The notes below the pieces were generated by a model, which was not told the origin of the DNA, did no database searches, and saw nothing but the letters and a program-made list of their open reading frames with translations. From Phoronis australis (Eukaryota; Animalia; Phoronida), in NCBI GenBank assembly GCA_002633005.1, contig NMRA01000680.1, positions 11,913 through 75,912 of the forward strand: a stretch of DNA of 64,000 bases, in the 5' to 3' direction. A program made the translations under genes and the position numbers. The first letter of the stretch is position 1. Every line of letters starts with the position of its first letter. Shown piece by piece: positions 57,901 through 64,000 of this stretch.

Positions 57901-60900
57901 CGATTGTGTGAGGTTGGCATTCTTTACTTACTGCGTCATAGTGTTGACATATTTTTCTGAGTTCAGTCTTGTCACACGGACCTTACCAATGTGAAGACAA
58001 TTGATCTCGCTTTAGAACACAATATGATTTTGAATTGCCGATTTATCGTAAAAGATCGTCAAATTGTTGCTATTTTTAATATTTGTCAGGCCCGTAGCCA
58101 GTATTGTGCGAGGGGTTGTTCGAATTTCTAAAATGGAGGATCTTACGATGGTATTTTGGAATGAACGTCTGAAGCTTTTCCAATAGTTTCTCACTAAACT
58201 CGGCAGAAGGGAAATCTGTATACACGATGACTCGTGATCCATTTTACTAAGATAAGACGGAATTCGTAATCCATGAGGACGCCATTGCGGTTACTTGCAA
58301 AACAAGGGTCCCAACTTCGGATGTAATGTGGTACAAACGAGAACTTTCTGAATTACTTAGCAATACCCTTTGCCAAAGGTTCAAAGCAGTTGTGCTTAAA
58401 TGAGTAGCTATACCTCCATTTCGTACTAAGACGGATATATTTTATCGAATATTGACGAAATACATGAAATTGCAGACTCAGGTGTGGACGTTGGTTTCCG
58501 TAGCTCCAAACTAAAATATCCCATCGCCCCAGTTGTTGAACCTGTTTGACAAAGCGTTGTTTTAGTTTCAAGAATTACAATTAATAGAGAGGTAATTTGC
58601 ACCCAATGTAACAAATATTTATAAAAAACTATTCAAGTTTTGCACCCACACCTTTTAAATCTTTACTAAATGGACCCAAATACCATATTTTATGCATGTC
58701 AGTTCAACTTCATTACCAGCCATTCAGAGTATTTAATATTTCAAAGTTGTGAACCTTGTTTCGGAATAGTGAACATTCGATGCAGTGCACCTTCTGAGCC
58801 GCGAACCTTCAGAGTAACGAATCTTCGGAGTAGTGTCATGTAACTTTGGGAATCTCTTCCGTGGAGTTCGATGTTGCTCGTATGAAGTCAACGAAGTTGT
58901 GCACCATTGACAGTGATTTATTAGAGATGACTTTTCCTAATTGACTAAAAATAATTATTAAGTCCAGACCTATTTTTCGCGAATAATGGGAAAAGATTCC
59001 TTGGGATTTTTTTCGGTGCACGGAAGAACGTAGTTGAATGTCCGGTTTTTGAGCAACGTCGGGGGACTGCCTAGTGAAGTTACGTGCACATACATCATAA
59101 AAATGAAAACGCACACATAAGTTTCAAACTACACACATAAATTTCAAACTACACACATAAATTACAAACTACTAACCAATAACAATCAAAACGTTCATTG
59201 AATCCGCAACATTTTCGACGATCACTTTCAATTCGACATTTAAACAAGCCTGCTCTGTGAACGCACTATACTGGCAAAAGTACAGTATACCGAAAGAGTA
59301 GAAAACAAACCTATTTTGGTTGACAATCACACACTGTCCTTTTTGGGAGCTCTCTCGGTGCAATACATACAAGCGGGTAAAACAGTTACTTCTAACCCAC
59401 TGTTACCACGCACGTCTAATGCAGTTAGTCGGTGGCTGAGTCTGCCAATAACAGAAAGCGCTCTATAATGGTCTGAACGATCCTGTGATCTAAGCAAACA
59501 CCACTTGGCGAAGTTGGCTGGTTATGCCCCGATATGATCACGTAAAGCGCTTTCAAAACGAAATTCAAAATTAACAAAACGTTGTTTTTTATTGTAGGTA
59601 GTATTACCAGAAATGACTGAAACAATTTTGTTGTCGTTGCTCATCTGTATCTTATCCGTTACGGATATGCTGCTTGGACTGAACCTTGTCCGTGGGAGGG
59701 GAGGTACATCGAACCTATCAATCCCCATTCTGACTACGGACCTATGTTTAGGAAGTTTTGTTAACCCGGGGCGGTGTAGCTCACATGTAGTGCACGTGTA
59801 CTACTCTGTTGAACGTTTGAATTGAACCTTTGTTCTGAGGCCCTCAGGAAAATCTACAGCAATCGGGTGATAATGGCAGTATAGGTATCTCAATTTTTAT
59901 CAGTACGAAACAGCATTAAGATACCGGGATAGATTTCGGTAGCTTTCTTGCGGCTAGAAAAACGTAGCCAAACCCACGTGTTGTCATTTGAAATACACGG
60001 AAATGTGTCACGTAACTTCGCGAAGTGTTGCTTTGTAGCAAGATCCTAGCCTTACCGATCTCTACATTGATGTTCTAAGCAACCCAGTGGAGACAAGTCA
60101 GGTAATCACTGACGACAGTTTAAGAATAGCAGCCTGCTTTGAATGGATCGTAGAAAGTTCTAGGATATGGGGCATGAATTTAAATTTTCTGTTTCACTCC
60201 AGGACACGCCACCAATCAGCTGTTGAGCAGTTTGGAGGTTGAACTGATCCTTGAGCTAATTGACGTAGCTGTAAGATGATTTTGCACATACTTGCCTGGA
60301 CACAGTGGGATGTAACAATAGTCCCAGTGAGGAGTATCTAGGTCCTCTACTGCTGTGTAACACCACGGACCATTTGATTTGTCTGGGTTCCTACAGTAAT
60401 TGGCCTCTAGGTGGAATTCTCTTCGTCTCAAGATATTGTACTTGTGAGTTTTTGGCGTTTGCAATGCCCATTTTTGGCAGAGAACTCCTTTTGCGGTGTG
60501 ATTTATTGTTCCTCTGTAAGCGTTATTGAACTGGAGCCAATCACTTTCCATCAAGCACGTTTTGTTTGGCACAGGTTTGCCAGAAACTGAAAAAGACAGA
60601 TGTATGTCACGAAAAATTCTTCGGCGATGTACATCAAATTACATAGTGAATCAGTGATTGAGCTGACGAAAGCGGATTGTAGTCAACTGAAATGTAGAAC
60701 CAACATGTTTCCTTTTAGGCCTACGTGAGATTAGCACTTGGTTTTGTTGAAATTGACTTTCAATTGAAATCATATCGCTATGTATACACAGCAAAGGCGG
60801 AGATGCGTCAGCCGCACAAGTTCATTTTCATGCAATGTGACTGCAGTTTGCAAATTGCAATCATTTTCCATCTTCTTATAGACTTCAGTAAAATGATGTT

Positions 60901-61901
60901 AATTATATGACTTGGCAATCTTCTTCAAATGTTGCCAAGGAAATGTTCATTTAAAGGCATGTTGAGCCCTACGTGCAGGCAACACTTCCAACCCCGCCTC
61001 TTTTCAACCAACTTCCTCGCCGGGTCGCTCCTAATTTCATCGACCACACCCAGCCCAGTTGCAACCCATTTGAGATCCCACAAGGCACGGTTCCAGGGAG
61101 TCCAGACACCCAGCCCGACTGCAGAATGTCGTAAGTGATATTTTGTTAAAAAATCTGGATCCCTGTTCGGAAGTTGTAACATTGCAGTATATGGAAAGAA
61201 ATATAATAGCGTTCTTTGTTGGCACTCTAAGGTCATATCCGTTTTAAAACGTTTTAAAAACACCATGAATCTGCATAAAAAACATTAAAACATACTCTCT
61301 GATACATAATTAGAACTGTTCGTAATTATGGGGTCGATCTACTGCCTGTCAATACTTTTTCTTTTATTTTTTATTTTCTCAAAAATTTGCGAAATCAAAA
61401 CAAGCAAACGTTACCAAAAATGCTGTGTAGTTTGAGCTTTTGGCAGCTCGAGACAAATAGTCAGCTGTTTCCGGTACTGCTTTGAAGAAGAAAAGTTTGC
61501 CTTAGCTAGGTAATTTATTCATTTCCTGGACATTTTCCGACGTTATTGCTCTTTGTATGAGCTGAACAGTCTAACATTACGCTTAGACTTAGATGAAACC
61601 ATTACATGGGTGAACATTACGTACTGTATTCGATACTAATCGTTGTGCTCGAGTCGAGTCTGCAGTGGTAGCCTAGCCCTAGGTCTATCCACAGGCGTGC
61701 TCAGCTTCTGATCGTCCCCAATACACTACATATAATACTGCAAAGTATGACACTCCCGACTAGAAATTCCACGGGTGCTTCACTTCAGCCGTCCATACCA
61801 AATATAAAACTCAATAAATTTACACAAAACAGAAGTTTAACAAACCATGAAGATTTGTTCTTTCTCCCAATGCCAATCACGGTGTCCTGTTCCGGCGACA
61901 T
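8789..61901 (-). CDS. Full 9-exon gene: type-I membrane protein SP-Kringle-Kringle-TSP1-Ig-Ig-TM-cytoplasmic tail, 570 aa; complement(join(8789..8931,12426..12554,18933..19043,32203..32394,36012..36341,43981..44139,45773..46027,60296..60586,61799..61901))
   Basis: Exon lengths 103+291+255+159+330+192+111+129+143=1713 nt join in one open frame from ATG to TGA. Every internal exon has a pyrimidine tract+AG acceptor and a GT (one GC) donor, all phase 1. Junctions read sensibly (FIF/VSGKP, LCP/EPNVNC, TCA/EDAW, YCP/TNPT, RIR/RPEP, YIW/EVTK, VEE/SMTS, SDD/AKR). Additional short exons cannot be excluded. Confidence 0.85.
9159..9883 (+). repeat. About 730-bp diverged direct repeat, copy 1 (copy 2 at 15622-16353)
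   Basis: Colinear shared blocks, e.g. tattcacctcccgc...caacagtgacctctgacatggaaagttcaa, gtcgactcgacgtcg, gattcctcggtaactacaa, acgttttgtgtat. Confidence 0.9.
9883..9952. repeat. (CA)n microsatellite
   Basis: Direct inspection. Confidence 0.98.
10648..11043 (-). CDS. Putative intronless 131-aa orphan ORF nested in intron 8; N-terminal about 50 aa SH3/KOW/Tudor-like pattern
   Basis: A-rich start context accaaacaATG; FRERDKVMVV...ATVI...YKLKIDG...IHEAKL resembles small beta-barrel spacing; no family recognised. Confidence 0.35.
   Translation of the reverse strand: MPEFRERDKVMVVKSAVATVIKRDRSLYKLKIDGTDFSFNIHEAKLTKLAESEKCLVGLTTGGSSRFVDCDLNHSNTCTYSQREGHANNFLTGLQYLRRRIPYLRSFNRRRTQLHIQYHAVRPDKLVSRSV
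12038..12273. mobile_element. MITE family A (CAYGCGCGCACC-type TIRs), copy
   Basis: cacgcgcgcac...gtgcgcgtatg ends; interior homologous to 19558-19795 (inverted), 32674-32929 and 49628-49816. Confidence 0.8.
12426..12554 (-). CDS. Exon 8: transmembrane helix (VVAVAVIVCVCLFTWAIALYVC) and juxtamembrane region
   Basis: 22-residue hydrophobic run; acceptor ttctttatgtag, donor G|gtaagt; phase 1-1. Confidence 0.85.
12943..14452 (+). mobile_element. Kolobok-like non-autonomous DNA transposon with decayed THAP domain
   Basis: ttaa|agttaggttt ... aagcctaact|tcaa termini; 13282-13560 reads MKRCMCGGC...RF*KDP...RFV...LCSAHFEES (C2CH THAP, with stop and frameshift). Confidence 0.55.
14880..15485. mobile_element. 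Foldback/MITE with about 180-bp imperfect inverted arms
   Basis: 14880-15060 is the reverse complement of 15310-15485 (gcagtaaactgcc/ggcagttttactgc, gaatttactccac/gtggagtaaattc). Confidence 0.75.
15622..16353 (+). repeat. About 730-bp diverged direct repeat, copy 2
   Basis: Colinear with 9159-9883. Confidence 0.9.
16947..17074. repeat. Hairpin MITE, about 45-bp arms
   Basis: ataggttatcccagatacatagga... versus ...tcctgtgtatgtgggataacctat; loop sequence recurs inverted near 28305-28340. Confidence 0.75.
17960..18753. mobile_element. hAT-like MITE with 5-bp TSD, containing a tRNA-derived head (18015-18085, minus)
   Basis: caaga|cagtggcggat ... atccgcctagg|caaga; internal minus-strand tggtgcagtggtaaagc A-box. 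Confidence 0.65.
18933..19043 (-). CDS. Exon 7: Ig-like domain 2, C-terminal half (EVTKNDIGDHQFTCEASNAVDGDTITARKVCTITVEE)
   Basis: D-x-G-x-x-x-F-T-C-x-A-x-N F-strand motif completes the Ig domain begun in exon 6; acceptor ttttacag, donor A|gtaagt. Absent from the ORF track. Confidence 0.88.
19558..19795. mobile_element. MITE family A copy
   Basis: catgcgcgcac...gtgcgcgcatg TIRs; flanks gaatc/gaata. Confidence 0.85.
20052..22511 (-). mobile_element. 5'-truncated I-group (Ingi-like) LINE: RT + RNase H + C-terminal region, (GAA)n tail
   Basis: VWIDVERACDAV, GVPQGGVLSPTLFLVFIND, TFDKRLTW, LQWIPSHCNVHGSKMADALAK, RLRTG, ILQTCP; (ttc)n at 20053-20070; possible TSD aatgga (20046-20051, 22512-22517); stops and frameshifts. 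Confidence 0.9.
30228..30402. mobile_element. Foldback MITE family B (TATAGATTATT...AATAATCTATA)
   Basis: Near-palindromic with gtcgttatcccc/ggggataacgac and tggattttgga/tccaaaatcca; further copies at 38665-38785 and 39252-39416. Confidence 0.85.
31265..31600. repeat. Foldback element, about 85-bp inverted arms
   Basis: cggacttcaaaaccacttgccagg...gactgcaaaacc versus ggttttgcagtc...cctggcaagtggtttagaagtccg. Confidence 0.8.
32203..32394 (-). CDS. Exon 6: Ig-like domain 2, N-terminal half
   Basis: GNVVLLTCIAPGMPPPTVFW motif; acceptor cacattgcag, donor TGGG|gtgaat. Confidence 0.88.
32674..32929. mobile_element. MITE family A copy, followed by a degenerate (GT)n tract
   Basis: atgta|catgcccacaccca ... 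tgggtgtgtgcatg|atgta, perfect 5-bp TSD. Confidence 0.85.
33088..33146. repeat. Perfect palindrome with TA flanks spanning an N (collapsed Tc1/mariner-type MITE or assembly join)
   Basis: ta|cagcacacatcacgaatttttggccgaccggtc N ggccaaaaattcgtgatgtgtgctg|ta. Confidence 0.6.
36012..36341 (-). CDS. Exon 5: Ig-like domain 1
   Basis: GDNLALLCSGSLGFPPAKLVW...LQQKHNGSRVRC (B-strand Cys, C-strand Trp, F-strand Cys); acceptor ccacttgcag, donor C|gtgagt. Confidence 0.92.
36590..37005. repeat. Long imperfect foldback, about 200-bp arms
   Basis: tactggaacttgcttact/agtaagcaaattccagta, tagtggtgttat/ataacaccacta, cgacgaggcat/atgcctcgtcg, agatggaacctt/aaggtttcatct. Confidence 0.8.
37838..38126 (-). repeat. 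Two tandem tRNA-derived units (37838-37913, 38050-38126) within a 210-bp tandem duplication; pseudo-tRNA or SINE head
   Basis: A-box tggtg(cg/aa)gtggtaaa and B-box ggttcgaa(a/t)cc at tRNA spacing; anticodon and acceptor stems pair poorly. Confidence 0.65.
38208..39418 (+). repeat. Diverged tandem duplication, about 580-630-bp unit, each ending in a family-B foldback MITE
   Basis: Units start atttatacgctatgaaaaa near 38208 and 38785 and are colinear (aacctactttagca, gacctccgacc, gagtcgagaaaggtag). Confidence 0.9.
40090..41000 (-). mobile_element. Possible highly decayed tyrosine-recombinase (DIRS/Ngaro-like) remnant
   Basis: GC-richer coding-like tract; frame-jumping motifs HITP..LLQMY, LRLKNQDI, DPAQFSL..PRGGTA loosely resemble YR motifs. 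Confidence 0.3.
43981..44139 (-). CDS. Exon 4: thrombospondin type-1 repeat
   Basis: WGEWQDSKCSVSCG...RERQC...GGEGCVGSRTDEKTCQVYCP: WxxW, CSxSCG, RxR, six Cys; acceptor tcttcttcag, donor A|gtgaat. Confidence 0.93.
45773..46027 (-). CDS. Exon 3: divergent Kringle domain
   Basis: NCIPKSGTYTGDWNK...RSCMSW...NSCRK...VVCAV...DCGIRTC keeps all six kringle Cys plus YxG and CxxW; acceptor cttttgacag, donor G|gtaaaa. Confidence 0.85.
47961..50662 (+). mobile_element. Non-autonomous P-superfamily DNA transposon: 31-bp TIRs, 7-bp TSD, decayed spliced THAP domain
   Basis: gttttac|caaggagtgtagtagtataggagagttcact ... agtgaactctcctatactcgtacactccttg|gttttac (29/31 match); 48070-48167 MGTDAFCSAINCMN*...FCRFPKDPER|gt and 48744-48910 CKHW...LCSHHFEES...NAVP; nested partial MITE A at 49628-49816. 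Confidence 0.88.
53330..53460 (+). mobile_element. GIY-YIG endonuclease fragment (Penelope-like)
   Basis: ESYIGQTVCSLSRRL matches the YIGqT.R.L..R motif. Confidence 0.45.
53600..53900 (-). pseudogene. Decayed Cys-rich (CXC-type) C-terminus typical of metazoan DNA-transposon proteins
   Basis: LHCTRAN...LQLKWMAMPTTPLTVLNDVCCKCKKNVC...CTEM*SCDNCSN across frameshifts. Confidence 0.55.
54100..54700 (-). mobile_element. Penelope-like reverse transcriptase remnant
   Basis: KPDKQGDVV, FPTGSQPAKVHVLSKTHKPSIPL, MVGFDVVSLFTN motifs with frameshifts. Confidence 0.75.
55090..57790 (+). mobile_element. Decayed, internally deleted HERO-like (R2-group) non-LTR retrotransposon with restriction-like endonuclease; unrelated repeat-rich insert about 55505-55775
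   Basis: N-terminal zinc-finger relic CVRGK...LRIHQCKMK; RT QKGG, VWLDMENACGS, GIMTDCTVSVILF, RAFVVDFTI; RLE TTQRPDLVV...IEL...HERKNLKY...VEVGCRGF...AEEASFWIW. Confidence 0.85.
59111..59170 (+). repeat. 3 x 20-bp minisatellite (acacacataaatttcaaact)
   Basis: Direct inspection. Confidence 0.9.
60296..60586 (-). CDS. Exon 2: canonical Kringle domain
   Basis: YRGTINHTAKGVLCQKW...NYCRNPDKSNGPWCYT...WDYCYIPLC with six Cys; acceptor tctttttcag; donor CCAG|gcaagt (GC). Confidence 0.95.
60919..61125 (-). mobile_element. Probable RTE-type LINE 3' fragment in intron 1
   Basis: TPWNRALWDLK...LVEKRRGW resembles the RTE ORF C-terminus; short (GAA)n tail at 60919-60926. Confidence 0.35.
61799..61901 (-). 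CDS. Exon 1: start codon and signal peptide (MSPEQDTVIGIGRKNKSSWFVKLLFCVNLLSFIF)
   Basis: ATG at 61901, basic n-region then hydrophobic core, donor TTTG|gtatgg phase 1; splicing to exon 2 gives a plausible cleavage site VSG/KP. Too short for the ORF track. Confidence 0.75.
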
Positions 61902-64000
61902 CGTAAGAAATTCGCAGTCAAAGAACAAAAATGTTCACAAAAAGCCCCCACACACTTTCATCGTGGGCCGCTCGAGGTCAAGGACGGTACAGAAATTGCC
62001 GGTTTGTCGCGTAAAGTCACGATGTCGATAACTCACCGGCAATTTCCGGAGAGAGTCTAATAATTCAGTGGCTGTACTGTAGGAAGTGTTGGTAGACCGA
62101 AGCTTTTTGCGAGAAAAGTAAGATCATACAAAACCATGCATAGGAGTGGGAGGCAACAAATTCGATGCCTGATAATCAGTGGAGAAATCTGGTTCTCAAA
62201 TTGCAAGACCCTGGGAGTGATCACATCATCACAGGACAATATACCATGAAAGGGACTTCATCAAAGGTAACGGGGTATAGCCAAAGGCAGATCAGTAGGA
62301 GCATTAATAAAGATTGAGCAGGTTACATCAAAGGTGCTTGGGTATTTCACCTTCCTATTGCCGGTGATATGGTCTCGATTAAGAAAATAAAGGGCTAGGG
62401 ACAGGGGAATTTGAATATGCTACAAGGCCCTTTATGACTCAGTTTATCAAGAACACAATCCACGAGTTTACAGAAACAGAGGGCCTAAACAGTGCTTCGA
62501 AAATCATCGATCAGACTTCTAACATCAGTATTGGCAGGGACTAATCTGAAACTAGTCTGAAAAACAGCTACAACAAGGAAGTTTCAATTTAAGGTAGACT
62601 CACATGTTTGCATAGATGTGTATCTTATGGAATGCATTCATCAATGTCATCCATGTACCGGTCAGACTGGCATTTTGTATAATTGTCATGTTTATAAAGG
62701 ATCATCATAGTGTGCATCACCACTGCACCAGCAATAACAACACGACTCAATCAACAGTGACAACATGATTAGACTACTGTACTATGTGCAGAGGACTAGG
62801 CTTAGATGTAGGTGGCAATTGACGTTCGGTCTCTTCACATGCAGGTATGCCAGAAACACTCTTGTTTCTTAGCACAATAGAACCGTTTTTGTGTAATCAA
62901 GCCACTCTTTTTGTTTTGTTGTATCAGCAATCACACAAGTTTACATGTAATATGTAACAAAACTGAAAACCTGTAATAAAATACATTTGCTATGTATTAC
63001 AAAAATAGGCCACATGAAATGCTAAAAATAATACTGTCTTAAAACTCCATTAATAATGGATCACTTGCTTTTTGAAGAACAACAACCACTTTGCAGCTAT
63101 ACTGAAACCAACTGTTTTCAACAACATTCCCCTTCATGTTGAGGTCGTGTTTAAACAACAAATCAGAAATAATGTGGTTTGTTTTTTCAGCCTCACAAAA
63201 GTACAGTATCTGAGAATATGGGCATTTTATCCAACTTACTGTGCCCAAACTGGTGGTGGGTAACGCCAGCTGTGATTTTCATTATCGTGTACCTGTGGCA
63301 GATGCTGAGAAGTGTCCTCTACAGTCAAAAGAACTATAAGAAGCAACCTTTCACCTGTATTTTGCTTATGCCTGTGAGTATTCCTTATAAAAACAGCTTT
63401 GGAAATCCAGTTAAGCACCCTCACTATGCACACGTGACTGAAAAAAACACTCCTGACATGAAACTTGGAATAAACTTTATTTTTTCCCTTCCAAAGCTCT
63501 GGCCACCCCCTGCAACATCCTAGATCTACATGTGTGCAGTCAGCGTCAGAGCGTTGTTTCGATACATAATGGTGCTTAGTTGTGTCAATGCTCCCTTGAA
63601 TCTGTAACAGATAGTGATAGGTACAACTATCTAAAATTGAATTGTCATTTTATTTTTGTTGTGTGTCTATTGAACAGGCAATTGACTTTAAGAATAACAA
63701 AAAAGTAAATTTGCATAGGCTGAGAGTGTGGTTTTGGGAATACTGACAGGGTTATTGGTGTACATGTTTTCACGTTTATTACTGTATGCAGTCCTTGTTA
63801 TCCATTTAGCTAAATAAGCAACTGAAAGCTCAGGGGCATGCATGAAACAGGGGCCTCTATTTTGTCACTTTATGTGCCTCTCGAAGTCATGGTGACTGCG
63901 GAGGGAGAGGGGCAGTACGATATTTGTGATGACGTAATTTAAGTAAAAGCGTCCCAGGGATAGGTTTCATGAAAAATGACTTAAGACAGAGATTTGGTCT

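Noticed and set aside
59395-59490. Possible extra micro-exon in intron 2 (TQPPTNCIR)
   Set aside because: The phase-1 reading hits a stop; exons 2 and 3 already join in frame.
19044-60295. Dscam-like arrays of mutually exclusive duplicated exons
   Set aside because: I found no second copy of any Kringle, TSP1 or Ig exon in the introns.

Overview
Eukaryotic (metazoan, probably marine invertebrate; taxon is inference from AT-richness, frequent TACATGTA and the TE repertoire) genomic DNA. Almost the whole window (8789-61901, minus strand) is one gene that I reconstructed by hand as 9 coding exons (1713 nt, 570 aa, open throughout). It encodes a type-I membrane protein: signal peptide - Kringle - divergent Kringle - TSP1 - Ig - Ig - TM - 63-aa tail with a YNTI motif. 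All 8 introns are phase 1 and intron 2 appears to be GC-AG. I do not recognise this domain order as a named family. Introns and flanks hold decayed mobile elements: an intron-containing Harbinger transposase split by a solo LTR, a HINE/DINE-1-type element, a second solo LTR, a Kolobok-like THAP element, an Ingi/I-type LINE with RNase H, a P-superfamily element (31-bp TIRs, 7-bp TSD), Penelope, HERO, RTE and possible DIRS remnants, 5-bp-TSD MITEs, foldbacks and tRNA-derived repeats. A 131-aa orphan ORF with an SH3/KOW-like N-terminus is nested in the last intron. Two N positions mark probable assembly joins. No CRISPR, rRNA or prokaryotic features. All calls are by eye; no searches were run.
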